A DNA stretch of 64,000 nucleotides from Octopus bimaculoides (lineage: Eukaryota). The stretch is taken from contig NC_068991.1 in NCBI RefSeq assembly GCF_001194135.2, forward strand, positions 42,689,043-42,753,042, read 5' to 3'. Both the position numbers and the translations under genes were made by a program. The stretch's first letter is position 1, and each line of letters starts with the position of its first letter. The notes under the pieces are model-generated. The model was given only the letters and a program-made list of their open reading frames with translations, was not told the DNA's origin and made no database searches. This document shows, piece after piece, positions 50,291 through 63,530 of the stretch.

Positions 50291-50680
50291 AAGAGAATAT
50301 ATATATAGGTAGAGGTGTGGCTGAGTAGTAAAAAGCTTGCTTCCTAACNNNNNNNNNNNNNNNNNNNNNNNNNNNNNNNNNNNNNNNNNNNNNNNNNNNN
50401 NNNNNNNNNNNNNNNNNNNNNNNNNNNNNNNNNNNNNNNNNNNNNNNNNNNNNNNNNNNNNNNNNNNNNNNNNNNNNNNNNNNNNNNNNNNNNNNNNNNN
50501 NNNNNNNNNNNNNNNNNNNNNNNNNNNNNNNNNNNNNNNNNNNNNNNNNNNNNNNNNNNNNNNNNNNNNNNNNNNNNNNNNNNNNNNNNNNNNNNNNNNN
50601 NNNNNNNNNNNNNNNNNNNNNNNNNNNNNNNNNNNNNNNNNNNNNNNNNNNNNNNNNNNNNNNNNNNNNNNNNNNNNNNN

Positions 50681-50970
50681 GGCCAGTGAGGTGGTACTGG
50701 CAACGGCCACTCTCAAAATGGTGTATTTTACGTGCCACCTCCACAGGAGCCAGTCCAGCAGCCAGTCCAGCAGCACTGGCAACGATCTCGCTCAAATGTC
50801 TTTACACATGCCACCAGCACAAGTGCCAGGAAGGCGATGCTGGGCACAGGTGCCATCACGATTTCGATTTCGCTTGCCCCAACAGGTCTACACAAGCCGA
50901 GTTCAGTGTCCAATGAAGGAGACGACGTTGGCATGGGTGCCAGTCGTTGAATTTAGTTCGATTTCGATTT
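50681..50970 (-). mobile_element. RTE 3' UTR fragment
   Basis: Homologous to 19020-19300. Confidence 0.8.
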
Positions 50971-50984
50971 AACTTGCCGCTAGT

Positions 50985-51215
50985 TATGTCTATGTCTTTG
51001 TGTCCTTGTTTGTGCCCCCCCCATCGTTTGACAACCAATGTTGCTGTGTTTATGTCCCCGTAATTCAACGATTCAGCAAAAGACACCAATAGAATAAGTA
51101 CTACGCTTACAAACAATAAGTCCAAGGGTTGATTTCTTCGACTAAAACCCTTTAAGTCAGTGCTCCAGCATGGTCACAATCAAATGACTGAAACAAGTAA
51201 AGGAATAAAAGAATG
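50985..51215 (+). mobile_element. SINE family B 3' half
   Basis: tttgacaaccaatgttgctgtgtttatgtccccgtaa...gactgaaacaagtaaagg. Confidence 0.78.
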
Positions 51216-51829
51216 AAAGAATGTACACACACACACACACATGCATGCGAGTGTGCATGCGTGCACATACACATGTCTGTATGTATGTATATGTTTATAT
51301 ATGGTGGAGTACTTTTATATGGTCAGGTTGTGATGAAGTTTGCATTGCATTGCATTGCAGCCTTGATATACCTGGTACAATCTTAGTGAGTGGCATTTTG
51401 AGCATGTGTCTGTTATCATAACCTTGGATTGATCCAAGCCTTGTGAGTGAAACTGAATAGCTAGAAATCATTAAGACTTATTGGATGAACCCTAATGTAA
51501 TTCAAAGGGACAGGTTTGTCACACACTGAGTCTGCCTATTGATTATGTTAATGATATACAAGACTGTGAAGGTGCAGTATGATCAAATAGTTAAAAAGTT
51601 TGTTTTGCAAGCACAAGGACCCAGATTCAATCCTACTGCATGGCATCTTGAGCGAATGTAATTTTTCATAGCTGTAGATCAACTTATGCCTTGTGAGTGA
51701 AATTGAGTGGATGGAAGCTGTATAGAAGCCCATCGGATGGTTTGTAGCTGTAATTAAAAAGATACAGCCTTATCACACACTTGTGCCATGCTGAATCTAC
51801 CTGAGGATTACATTAAAGGTACACTGTGC

Positions 51830-52232
51830 AGGCATGGCTGTGTGGTAAGGAGCTTGCTTCCCAACCACATGGTTCCAGGTCCAGTCCCACTGCATGGCAC
51901 CTTGGGCAAGTGTCTTCTGCTATTGTTTGAGTCAACCAAAGCCTTGTGAATGGATTTAGTAGACAAAAACTGAAAGTAACCTGTGGTATGTATATGTGTG
52001 CCTGTCTGTCTGTGTCTGTGTTTGTTCCCCACCACCACTTGACAACCATTGTTGGTATGTTTACATACCTGTAACTTAGCAATTCAGCAAAATAGATTGA
52101 TAGAATAAGTACCAGGCTAAAAGAAAAACAAAATGTACTGGAATAAATTCATTAAAAAAAAGATTCTTTAAGGAAGGCAGTGCCCCAACATGACCACAGT
52201 CTGATGAATGAAACAAGTAAAAGATAAAAAAT
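51830..52232 (+). mobile_element. SINE family B copy
   Basis: ggcatggctgtgtggtaaggagcttgcttcccaacc head through to the tail. Confidence 0.82.
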
Positions 52233-54450
52233 AAAAGCCTGTCTGTGGAATACTTGACCACTTAATTATCTATTCAGAAACAGGTAATTCAATTTATTGA
52301 ACAAATGAGTATTCATCACTGAATGACAGAGATCCATCACACATGTCTGTGGAATACTCAGCCATTTATATATCAATTCAGATGACCAGACAACTGATTC
52401 TTCATTATTGAATGATGGAGATCCATCACATATGCAAGTCAAATACTCAGTCACATATATACTATGATACAATGAGAAGGCAATTCAGTTAACTGAATAT
52501 TGGAATACTTATTGTCAAAATCAATGTAGATCTATTTCCNNNNNNNNNNAATTCAGTTAACTGAATATTGGAATACTTATTGTCAAAATCAATGTAGATC
52601 TATTTCCTTTTATGTTATGCTTTGTATAAATGTATGTATGTATGTATGCATGTATGTATGTATGTATGTATAAACATATGAATATATGCATATATCACTT
52701 CAATAATAATTTTATCACCTTGATAAGCATTTTTCAGTATCATCAGCTTTTATTTGGAACTCATAAACATGTGCATATGTATGTATATCTATCTCTCTAT
52801 CTCTCAATCTCTCTATCTGTCTGTCTGTCTGTCTCTCTCTCAATATATGTATATACATATACACACACACACATATATATACTTACATATGAATGTGGGA
52901 GTTAGAAACACAGAAATAAAGAAGCATAGATGTGTGTATATGTAAATATTCAATTTGATATATATACACTAGCTGAAATACAGGGAATTGACATTAACAT
53001 CACACCATAATTTATTTAGATTATAGGGAAGTTTCTGAACAAACGATAATTTTATTAACTACACAAACTCATTAAAGTAGCTTATATATGTATATATGCA
53101 TATATATTTTTATATATATGTCTATATCTATCTAACTATCTTTCTATCTATCTATATGTGTGTGTGTAAATATAGATATATGTATATATAAATATAAATA
53201 TATACATATATAAATATAAATATAGATGTATATATATATGTGTATATATGTATGAGTCTCTGTGTGTGTGTGTGTGTGTGTGTGTTTGGAAAAGTTGTTC
53301 TCAAAGCACAAATAAAGTTATAGATGATATATATTATATATTGTTGTTTGGATATTAAATTAAATACTTATATACACACACATCCATTCATGCATCCATC
53401 TATCCATCCATCCATTCATCCATTCTTCCATTTCATGACAAATGTATGCATGTATGTAGATATGTATGCATGCATGCATGTATGTATGTATGTATGTATG
53501 TATGTATGAATGCATGTATGTATGTATATATGTATGTATGCATGCATGCATGCATGTATGTATGTATACATGTATGTACTATACTTTAAATATACACTTA
53601 ATTTAAATATATATATNNNNNNNNNNNNNNNNNNNNNNNNNNNNNNNNNNNNNNNNNNNNNNNNNNNNNNNNNNNNNNNNNNNNNNNNNNNNNNNNNNNN
53701 NNNNNNNNNNNNNNNNNNNNNNNNNNNNNNNNNNNNNNNNNNNNNNNNNNNNNNNNNNNNNNNNNNNNNNNNNNNNNNNNNNNNNNNNNNNNNNNNNNNN
53801 NNNNNNNNNNNNNNNNNNNNNNNNNNNNNNNNNNNNNNNNNNNNNNNNNNNNNNNNNNNNNNNNNNNNNNNNNNNNNNNNNNNNNNNNNNNNNNNNNNNN
53901 NNNNNNNNNNNNNNNNNNNNNNNNNNNNNNNNNNNNNNNNNNNNNNNNNNNNNNNNNNNNNNNNNNNNNNNNNNNNNNNNNNNNNNNNNNNNNNNNNNNN
54001 NNNNNNNNNNNNNNNNNNNNNNNNNNNNNNNNNNNNNNNNNNNNNNNNNNNNNNNNNNNNNNNNNNNNNNNNNNNNNNNNNNNNNNNNNNNNNNNNNNNN
54101 NNNNNNNNNNNNNNNNNNNNNNNNNNNNNNNNNNNNNNNNNNNNNNNNNNNNNNNNNNNNNNNNNNNNNNNNNNNNNNNNNNNNNNNNNNNNNNNNNNNN
54201 NNNNNNNNNNNNNNNNNNNNNNNNNNNNNNNNNNNNNNNNNNNNNNNNNNNNNNNNNNNNNNNNNNNNNNNNNNNNNNNNNNNNNNNNNNNNNNNNNNNN
54301 NNNNNNNNNNNNNNNNNNNNNNNNNNNNNNNNNNNNNNNATTTCTGTTCTGTTGATCAATGTACTTAATATTTAGATTAAAACAGCAGTATATTATGCTG
54401 GTTGGATTGGTGAAATATGTATTATAAACATTATTGTTATAATGATGATG

Positions 54451-54511
<61 letters not shown>

Positions 54512-54647
54512 CAATAACAACAACAACAACAACAACAACAATAATAACAATAACATAACATCAATAACAATAATAATAATAATAATAATAATGATGACAA
54601 TAATAACAACAACAACAACAACAACAATAATAATAATAATCATAATC

Positions 54648-54678
<31 letters not shown>

Positions 54679-54679
54679 G

Positions 54680-54876
54680 CATTTCTGCTTAAGGCACATG
54701 ACCTGAAATTGGGGACTAGTCAATTACATTGACCCCAGTACTCGACTGGTACTTTATTTTATTGATCCTGAAAGGATGAAAGGCAAAGTCGACCCCAGCA
54801 GAATTTGAACTCAGAACATAAAGCTGGATGAAATACTGCTAAGCATTTTGCTCAGCATACTAACAATTCTGCCAGC

Positions 54877-54923
<47 letters not shown>

Positions 54924-55160
54924 GGCCTGAAATTTGGGAGAAGGGATTAAGTTGATTGCATCGACTCCAGTGCATAACTGGTATGTATTTAATCGACCCC
55001 TAAATTTCTTGGAGGGCAGGGGGCTTGTCAATTATATCAAGCCCAATGATTGACTGGCATGTATTTCATCAACTCCAAAATGAACTCAGAACATAAATAC
55101 AGGCAAAATGCTTAGCGGCATTGTACTCAGCATGGTAATGATTCTGCCACCTCACCACCT
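54680..55160 (-). mobile_element. Cluster of three SINE family A copies or fragments separated by (TAA)n
   Basis: Family A motifs recur at ~54690, ~54925 and ~55010. Confidence 0.8.
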
Positions 55161-55182
55161 TAATAATAATAATAATAATAAT

Positions 55183-55282
55183 CATCATCATCATCATCAT
55201 CGTTTAACGTCCGCTTTCCATGCTAGCATGGGTTGGACGATTTGACTGAGGACTGGTGCAACCGGATGGCTACACCAGGCTC

Positions 55283-55283
<1 letters not shown>
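55183..55283 (-). mobile_element. ~100-bp 5'-truncated RTE tail inserted in (TAA)n
   Basis: Nearly identical to 18826-18923; TAA runs on both sides. Confidence 0.85.
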
Positions 55284-55319
<36 letters not shown>

Positions 55320-55322
<3 letters not shown>

Positions 55323-55878
55323 GCTCTGATGCAGTGCCAGGCAGTGGTTTTCATGGTTTCTTATCTTAACTGATTGGAAGTGTTATCGTGTACATTGTTT
55401 TGTTTAGGTATAAAAGATGGGCTACAACAAATATTCTGTTCAATACCACAGATTTGCTTGTCATTTATTTGACCTTAACCAGTTGAGCATTTCCCTTAGA
55501 GGCTGGCAATATGTGCAGCTCTGATCATGAGCAGAAGTAGTGGGCAGGGCGGGGTGCAAGTGTCGAAAGGAATTCTTTGGGGTTTGGATAATTCACCTTT
55601 GGAAATATGGGTGTTTCGTTCAGCATCCTCAAACAACCCTTATTCAGGGACCTTTTGAGCCGGATGGGCTACTCGACCTGAAGAAAATTCTAACTGGGCC
55701 CCTTCTACAAGATCATGCACTGTTTATCTTCTTGATATGAGATCACCAAGTCACGCACATATGGTTGCGATGCATGTGCCTGGTGTACCCTTATCAGACG
55801 GGTAGTCATGATGGGTATACTGAGCTTCATATATTTTACCCCAGTGTCACTTTGATGGCATGTATTGCTCTCTCACTC

Positions 55879-55880
<2 letters not shown>
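55320..55880 (+). mobile_element. Family F full-length copy, with (TAA)n on both sides
   Basis: aatgctctgatgcagtgccaggcagtgg...ctctcactc(aat)n. Confidence 0.82.
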
Positions 55881-55921
<41 letters not shown>

Positions 55922-56335
55922 GTTAATGCCCTGATGCAATACCAGGCAGTGGCTCTCATGGCTTCTGATCTTAACTGATTGGAAGTGTTATCATGTACAT
56001 GCTTTGTCTTGGTGTTAAAGATGGGCTACAGCAAATATTCTGCTCAGTACCACAGATTTGCTTGTCAGTTGCTTCTCCTTAGCCAGTTGAGTATGTACTT
56101 TAGTGGTTGATGATATATACATCCCTAATCATGAGCAGCAGTAGTGGGAGAGCACCATAGCCATGTGTTAAGAGGGATTCTTTGGGGCTCAAATAATTCA
56201 CCTCCAAAAACACATGATAATGCAAAGATCCTGTGGGATTTTATGATTCAGTGCGACTATGAGATAGAAAATAGGAACCCAGACATAGTCTTAATTGAGA
56301 AAGAAAGTAAACTATGCTGGAACTCAGAACATAAT
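55922..56335 (+). mobile_element. Family F 5' half fused to an R4/Dong-like endonuclease fragment
   Basis: Family F sequence runs to ~56205, then HDNAKILWDFMIQCDYEIENRNPDIVLIEKESKLCW. Confidence 0.72.
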
Positions 56336-56639
56336 GTCAGAAGAAATGCTGCTAAGCATTTTGTCCTGCAAGCTAACAGTTCTAACAGTGATTCTAATTT
56401 TGATGCAAGACCAGCAATTTAAGGTAAGGTGGGGGTGGATAAGTAAATTACATCAACCCTAGTACTTGACTGGTACTTCATTTGAAAGGATGAAATACAG
56501 AGTCAACCTCGGTGGAATCTGAATTCAGAATGTAAAATGCTGGAACAAATATAATTTTATTTGACATTCTAGCGATTCTGTTAGTTCACCACACTTAATT
56601 TACACAGCTTGTTTGTTGATAACTGAAAGTTAAAAATGA

Positions 56640-57570
56640 ACCAAAGATCATTCTCCTAAAGCAAATTATTATAATATATTCTTGTCATGAACTGATACTC
56701 TGCTGTGGCATAAACAAATATGTAATTGCTTTATGAGCTTCTTGTGTGATTCAACCCACTTCATAAAATATCGCACAACAGGTTATTGTTCATATAAATT
56801 GCAAAACCAAGTTTAAGTTTTATATAATATCTATTGTTAAGATTGCAAGAAATACTATCTCAGCAAGCTGAGAATGAAATAACCAAGTTGGTTTGAGAAT
56901 GTGATACTAATATGGAAGACAAGCAGCACAGAGAACATAAAGGACAAAGATTCCATGATGAAATTGTAGAGGTTGGAGGAATATTTGACACCTGAATGCA
57001 ATTCATAGTTGAAACCTACTTACTGTTCTTAGAATTTGTTATAAATAGCACAGGTAAAAAAAAGACTGAACATTTTAAAAATGTAATATCCAAATTTGGT
57101 GCTTTAGATCCACAGCAGACAACACAGATAATGTGAATAATTAGAGATTTTAGCAGACTGATATGTAGATGTCATCCATAGCCAAACTGAAATTGTACAA
57201 GATTTTCTTTCATTCAAAGACATGTACAAAGAGATAGTGAAGACTAGCAGTATGCCAAATTCAAGAGTCAAGCAACTGACTATCAGCAATAAACTTAAAT
57301 TAATGATCACCAGTGACATGTATTCTATTTATCCTAACCTGTCCACATTGTACCATATTTTTCTAATCTTACTAACAACTAATGCAGTTGCAGAATGATC
57401 CATTAGCTAGCTTCAGCACATACAATCATATCTTCATTTTACAATGGATAATAAATTGTCTGGGTTGGACTTTCTCTCCATTGAAAGACAGATGGCAACG
57501 GAGATGGGTTATAATAAAGTAACAAATAACTATGCAAGAATGAAACCTAGACAAAAGAAGTTGTTGTAGC
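56640..57570 (+). mobile_element. hAT-superfamily transposase remnant (C-terminal dimerisation domain)
   Basis: From 57165: ..YSIYPNLSTLYHIFLILLTTNAVAE*SIS*LQHIQSYLHFTMDNKLSGLDFLSIERQ..NYARMKPRQKKLL*. Upstream: FIVETYLLFLE...SKFGALD. Confidence 0.8.
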
Positions 57571-58059
57571 AGTTACTGCATTTATTTTTCACATTTAAAA
57601 TTCAAAGCAATTAAATAAAACATATGTATTTTATTGTTTTGATTTTAAATAAATATAATATAGATTTATGAGCTTACTCTACAACATTTTTTATTGTGTT
57701 TTAAATACCAATAAAAAAATCATAGTTCCTCTAAACCTGAATCTTGCTCGTATTCTGATTTTAAATACAAAATGATGATTATTTATGCATTTCCTTTAAA
57801 ACTTATCTTCCTTGTGTTGCAATTTTAAATAGGCAAAACGAAAAAGAAAAGAATAAAAATTATTTGGGTATGCAACATAGCAGTGAGACATGGGCTGTGA
57901 CTACTGAGGACATGTGAAGGTTTGAAAGAAATGAAACCAGTATGCTTGTCTGGAAGGGTAATATCAGTGTGTATATACAACTGAGTGGAAGTGATTTGAG
58001 AGACAAATTGGGTATACAAAGCATCAGATGTAGTGTGCACTAGTACAGTCATATAATGT

Positions 58060-58572
58060 GTATGAATGAAGACAGATGCATCAAGAAGTGCTGATCTCTA
58101 ATAGTGGAGGGAACGGGTGGAAGGGGTAGACCCAGCAAGATGGGGAACAAAGTGGTAAGAAAGGTTCTTCAGATGTTGGGCCTCACAGAGGAGATGACAG
58201 GGAACCAAGATTCCTGTGCTTTGCTATGCTTGAGAAGACATGTCAAACTAAATGAAATTGAGGTTGTCTTTGCATACAGGCATGTTCCCTGCATCCTTCT
58301 TCAGCTGAGCAATCCTAATCTTGCAGGTTGATGGGTGCTGGTGCCATGTAAAATGCACCTGTGCTGGTGCCACATAAAAACACCTGTGCCAATACTGCAT
58401 AAAAGCACCCAGTGCCCTCTGTAAGGTGGCTGATATTAGGAACAGAATCCAGCCATAGAAATCATGTCAAAACATGCATGGAGCCTGGGCAGCTCTTCAG
58501 CTGACCAGCTGCTGTTAAACCATCCAACCAATACCAGCATGGGAACCAGACGTTAAATGATGACGATGGTAA
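58060..58572 (+). mobile_element. RTE LINE C-terminus plus 3' UTR
   Basis: CIKKC*SLIVEGTGGRGRPSK..VRKVLQMLGLTEEMTG, followed by a UTR with ~26-28-bp repeats and the tail. Confidence 0.8.
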
Positions 58573-58914
58573 TAATAATGTGATCTGGAGCTTTTTTATG
58601 TGCTCATTCCCAAAAATTTTGGAACCTGGTAACTTTTATGCCTCAAAATACAACCTATTGTTTTCCAAAAAGATAATGTGAATTTAAAGGGGGAATAAAT
58701 AACAGTGACAAAGATGCTAATAGCAATACAACAAGCAACAAGGACAACATAACAACTGCAGTATTGACATCCTGAAACACTGTCAGCTACAACACTACTA
58801 CATGGACACTATCAATTAAAACGTGACCAAAAACAATTCCATCAGCAAAACTAATGCTACTACAACCACAAACAGCAACTTAGTAAAGGAAATTTTAGGC
58901 AGTCAACTGACCTG

Positions 58915-59895
58915 CTAGAAATAGTAGGTAAATTCTGCAGAGACCTGTATAAAAAGAAATCCAAAGGAGCAATATCTGGTGAATTTGGAGGGTGGGGTAA
59001 CAGATCTCAGCCGAGCTGCAGCAATTTTTGTCTGGTTCCCAAAGAAATGTGCGGTCTTGCATTATCATGTTGGAAAACAACACCCTTCCTGTTGGTCAAT
59101 TCTGGACGTTTCTCTTGAATTGCTGCTTTTAACTTGTCCAGTTGTGTGCAGTATTTCTCAGAATTAATTGTCTGGCTATTTGGGAGAAGCTCATAGTACA
59201 GAATTTCTTTCTAATCCCACCAGACACAAAGCAAGAATTTTTTAAGGTGAAGACCCGCTTTTGGGGTGGCTATGGGTGGCTCATGTCGCTTACTCCAGGA
59301 TCGCTTTCTTTGACCATTTCGGTAGATAATCCATTTCTCATCACCTGTCAATATTTGCTTTAAAAAAGGCATGTTTTCAATCAGCTTATAAAGCGAATCA
59401 CAGATGGAAATGCAATCCAAAAGGTTCTTCTCACTCAACTCAAGTGGTACCCAAACATCATAGCGATTTGTGTACCCAAGCTTTACCAGGTGCTCATGAA
59501 CGATGGATTTTGATAGGTTGAGACTTTCTGCCAATTCTCGGGTTATGCAATGTGGGTTATTCTCAATTAATGACTTGATTTGGTCATCATCTGTAGTGGA
59601 TGGTCTGCCTGATCGCTCATTATCAATAAGGCTACAATCTCCAGCTCAGCACCTTGCAAACCACTTCCATACAGTTCTTTTGGATAATGAAACATCATCG
59701 TAAACTGCACATATTTCTTTGGTTGCTTGTGAGGCATTTTTCCCTTTACGGAAAAAGAAAAGCATCAAGTGCCAAAAATGAACTTTCTTATCTTCTATTT
59801 TAAAGGGTTACAGAATTAACACAGGTTATAGGAACATAAACCGTCTTCCACGAAAAGATAGCTTAAACTGTGCTCTAAATGGAGGTGTAGTCAAA
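58915..59895 (-). mobile_element. Mariner remnant 3 (Mos1-like WVP.EL motif), C-terminally truncated
   Basis: KVHFWHLMLFFFRKGKNASQA..KWFAR, WVPLELSEKN, ILTGDEKWI, CVWWD, FQHDNARPH and PHPPNSPDIAP. Confidence 0.9.
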
Positions 59896-60067
59896 NNNNN
59901 NNNNNNNNNNNNNNNNNNNNNNNNNNNNNNNNNNNNNNNNNNNNNNNNNNNNNNNNNNNNNNNNNNNNNNNNNNNNNNNNNNNNNNNNNNNNNNNNNNNN
60001 NNNNNNNNNNNNNNNNNNNNNNNNNNNNNNNNNNNNNNNNNNNNNATGTACACATATATATATATGC

Positions 60068-60118
<51 letters not shown>

Positions 60119-60132
60119 TTCATGTGTGTGTA

Positions 60133-60164
<32 letters not shown>

Positions 60165-60529
60165 CATAAGTAACAACTGCATCTTAAGCAAAGCCACAAC
60201 AAAGCAAATAAATTGATCGAAGTCAGTAATATCGCCATTTAAAATTTAAATATAATTTTGTAAATTCCCAAAATAACATGTTATTTAAGCCTTTCCCCCC
60301 TCTGCTCCACCCTAAAACATGGCAACAATAATGAAAAATACATTAATAAGAAGTGAAAGAAACAGTTGTAATTTTAATAAAGTTCTAGAATTTCAGTAAT
60401 TGCCATTTATACATATAGAATCAATACATTTGATGTCCTACATTTGAGTGGTGGGGGTGGAATTTACAACATATATGAAGCGTTAAACCTGGGCAGCAAA
60501 TATGGGATACTCTGATGTACTCTTTGATC

Positions 60530-60960
60530 CATCATCATCATCATGTCATCATCATCATTATTATTTAATTATCTTTATGATTATCATCATCTATGCTGTT
60601 ATTGTTGTTGTTGGCAATGCTGTTAATGTCTTTGTTATTGTCGTCATAATCATCTGGGTCTTAGTGGTTGTGACTGTCTTCAAACACCTACATCCTCCTC
60701 ATCATCCACTGGATCATCATCATCATCATCATCATCATCACCACTGTCATCATCCTCATCATCATTATCATCATCACCATCATCACCACCTCCATCACCA
60801 CCTCAATCACCATCATCATGCTCTTTCACCTCCACTTCTGCCTCCTCCTCCCCCTCACCATCAGCATCAGCATCATCGTCTTTCACTGTCATCATTCATC
60901 ATTATTGCCATCATCATCATCATCATCATCATTGTTTATCATCAACAGCAATAACAGTAG
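60530..60960. repeat. Degenerate (CAT)n microsatellite tract
   Basis: Visible directly; source of the poly-His ORF. Confidence 0.9.
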
Positions 60961-61129
60961 TGACAAGTGCCTCATTGCATTGCTACATGTCTGGGTTAGA
61001 TAGATCTATAACACAATGTATTTAGCTGCCCAATCATAGTTACCATGAAACTTTCAGCTCATTGATATTGGCAGAAGGAATACCGAGTAAGTGACAAGGA
61101 CTTCATTAGTTTACTGTCATTCTAAATTC

Positions 61130-61412
61130 TCTGCATTTACTCTTTTACTCTTTTANNNNNNNNNNNNNNNNNNNNNNNNNNNNNNNNNNNNNNNNNNNNN
61201 NNNNNNNNNNNNNNNNNNNNNNNNNNNNNNNNNNNNNNNNNNNNNNNNNNNNNNNNNNNNNNNNNNNNGAGCAAATTGACCCCAGGACTTATTCTTTGTA
61301 AGCCTAGTACTTATTCTATCCGTCTCTTTTGCCGAACCGCTAAGTTACGGGGACATAAACACACCAGCACTGGTTGTCAAGCGATGTTGTGGGGACAAAC
61401 ACAGACACACAA

Positions 61413-61449
<37 letters not shown>

Positions 61450-61620
61450 CATATATATGATGGGCTTCTTTCAGTTTCCATCTACCAAATCCACTCATAA
61501 GGCTTTGGTCATCCCGAGGCTATAGTAGAAGACACTCGCTCAAGGTGCCACGCAGTGGGACTGAACCCGGAACCATGTGGTTGGTAAGCAAGTTACTTAC
61601 CACACACCCACTCCTGCGCC
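61130..61620 (-). mobile_element. SINE family B copy spanning a gap
   Basis: Nearly identical to 28500-28900. Confidence 0.85.
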
Positions 61621-61734
61621 TACTCATATTTCACTATCATCCATAGCTTCACATGTTTGCATTCTTACAATACTAGTGGTTACCTATGGAAAATCCAGTG
61701 GTGATAAGAATTCAATTTTGTTATAGCACCCACG

Positions 61735-61976
61735 CCATTCTGTAAACTAATTGGCATTAGGAAGGGCATCCAGCCATAAAAACCATGCTAAAACAGACCT
61801 CCCTGGTGCTGGTGCCAGTCCACTCTGTGAGGTGGTTGGTGTTAGGGTTATAGGAAGGGTATCCAAGTGTAGAAACAGTGCCAAAACAGTCAGTGAAGCC
61901 TGGTGCAATCTTCTGGCTAACCAGCTCCTACCAAACCATTCAACCCATGCCAACATGCAAAACAGACGTTAACTGA

Positions 61977-62015
<39 letters not shown>

Positions 62016-62030
62016 TGATGACGATGACAA
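61735..62030 (+). mobile_element. RTE 3' UTR copy with a (GAC)n/(GAT)n tail
   Basis: Tail motifs followed by gatgacgacgac. Confidence 0.78.
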
Positions 62031-62549
62031 CAATGAAGATGAGTTAACTACTTGTGGCAGTCTGTACTGCAAGAGAATAACTGAATAAAATACAGGTTCC
62101 TCTTTATCTTTTGAGACATAATAAAATATAACTCACTAGTTGTCACTGCAATCAGTGAGCAAGTTTGGCTGTTAACAGAAAGGTTCGGCATTCAAGCCTG
62201 CCCAAGAATGGTTTACTTCTTTAAATATGAATTTTGACTATTTAAAAGATCCTGGGTCCATAAACATCTACATATACATTATGTTAATATCAGTGTCTCT
62301 GCTTCGACATTGACCCTACACTAATATTGTTGTGGCAGTTTCTATTTTAGTGGGGCACCCCAGGATGGCCACAGCCTCTGACTGAAACCAATAATAGAAT
62401 AATAATAGAATAGTGCTGGGACCATGACAAGAGGCACCCAATACACTCTTACTAAGTGGGGTCTGCAAGAGAAAAATTTCCAAAGTGAAATTGGCCAAAG
62501 CATTGTTGGTATATACAGACAGTTAAAGCTTCATTTCCATAGACAGAAT

Positions 62550-62940
62550 CTTTAATCTTTTATCTTTTACTTGTTACAGTCCTTAGATTGTAGCCATGCT
62601 GTTGTACCACCTTAAAGAATTCTTAGTCAAATTAATTGACCCCAGCACATTTTTTTTTAAGCCTGGTACTTATTCTTTCCGTCTCTTTTGCCAAACTATT
62701 AAATTACAGGAATGTAAACACACCAACACTGGTTGTCAAGTGGTGGTGGAGGACAAACACAGACACAAGAACACACACATAAGGTTTCTTTCATTTTCCT
62801 TCTACCAAATCCACTCACAATGATTTGGTTGGCCTGAAGCTATAGTAGAAGACATCTGCCCAAGGTGCCATGCAATGGGACAGAACCTGGAACCATGTGG
62901 TTGGAAAGCAAACTTCTTACTACACAGCTACACCTGTGCT
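62550..62940 (-). mobile_element. SINE family B copy
   Basis: Family B motifs. Confidence 0.78.
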
Positions 62941-63224
62941 TATATAACTATTTCTTATCACTTTATATACTGAAGAGCTCCTTTTGAATTCATACAGCAT
63001 GCAATATTTGATATGAGTCTCATCTAAACTCATTTTAAAAGGGTAAAATTGATATGAATTTAACTTTTATGGTAAATTGTAATCTACAAAGAACGAAAAA
63101 AAAAATAAAAAGCATCAGCATGTAAATTGATGCAAATTTTACTGTAAATATTGTAAAAGTACCTTCAAAAAAGATCATATGAAAAATGTGACAGGACTTT
63201 CTTTCTGACCTAATATAAAAAAGC

Positions 63225-63530
63225 TAGCACTCCATCAGTTATGATAATAAGGGTTCCAGTTGATTTGATCAGTGGAACAGCCTGCTTGTGAAATTCACAT
63301 GTAAGTGGCTGAGCACTTAACAGACACGTGTACCCTTAACATAGGTCACAGAGAGTGATATTCCCCCCGCCTTTAAAATACAGGTACAACTCGTTTTTGC
63401 CAGCTGAGTGAACTGAAGCAATGTGAAATAAAGTGTCTTGCTTAAGGATACAATGCGTCACTGGGAATCTAACTCATGACCTTACGATTGTGAGCTGATT
63501 ACCCTAACCACCAAGTCACATGCCTTCACT
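63225..63530 (-). mobile_element. SINE family E copy
   Basis: gcactccatcagtt...gtgtcttgcttaaggatacaa...ccctaaccaccaagtcacatgccttcac. Confidence 0.78.

Noticed and set aside
52482-52607. Exact 58-bp direct repeat on both sides of a 10-N gap
   Set aside because: This is the typical pattern of an unmerged contig overlap, so it is most likely an assembly artefact.
55575-55700. Possible hammerhead in family F (GAAA..GTT and CTGAAGA)
   Set aside because: No stem I or stem II can be formed in the required register.
60502-60954. 150-aa His-rich ORF
   Set aside because: It is a translation of a degenerate (CAT)n tract, with no splice or homology support.
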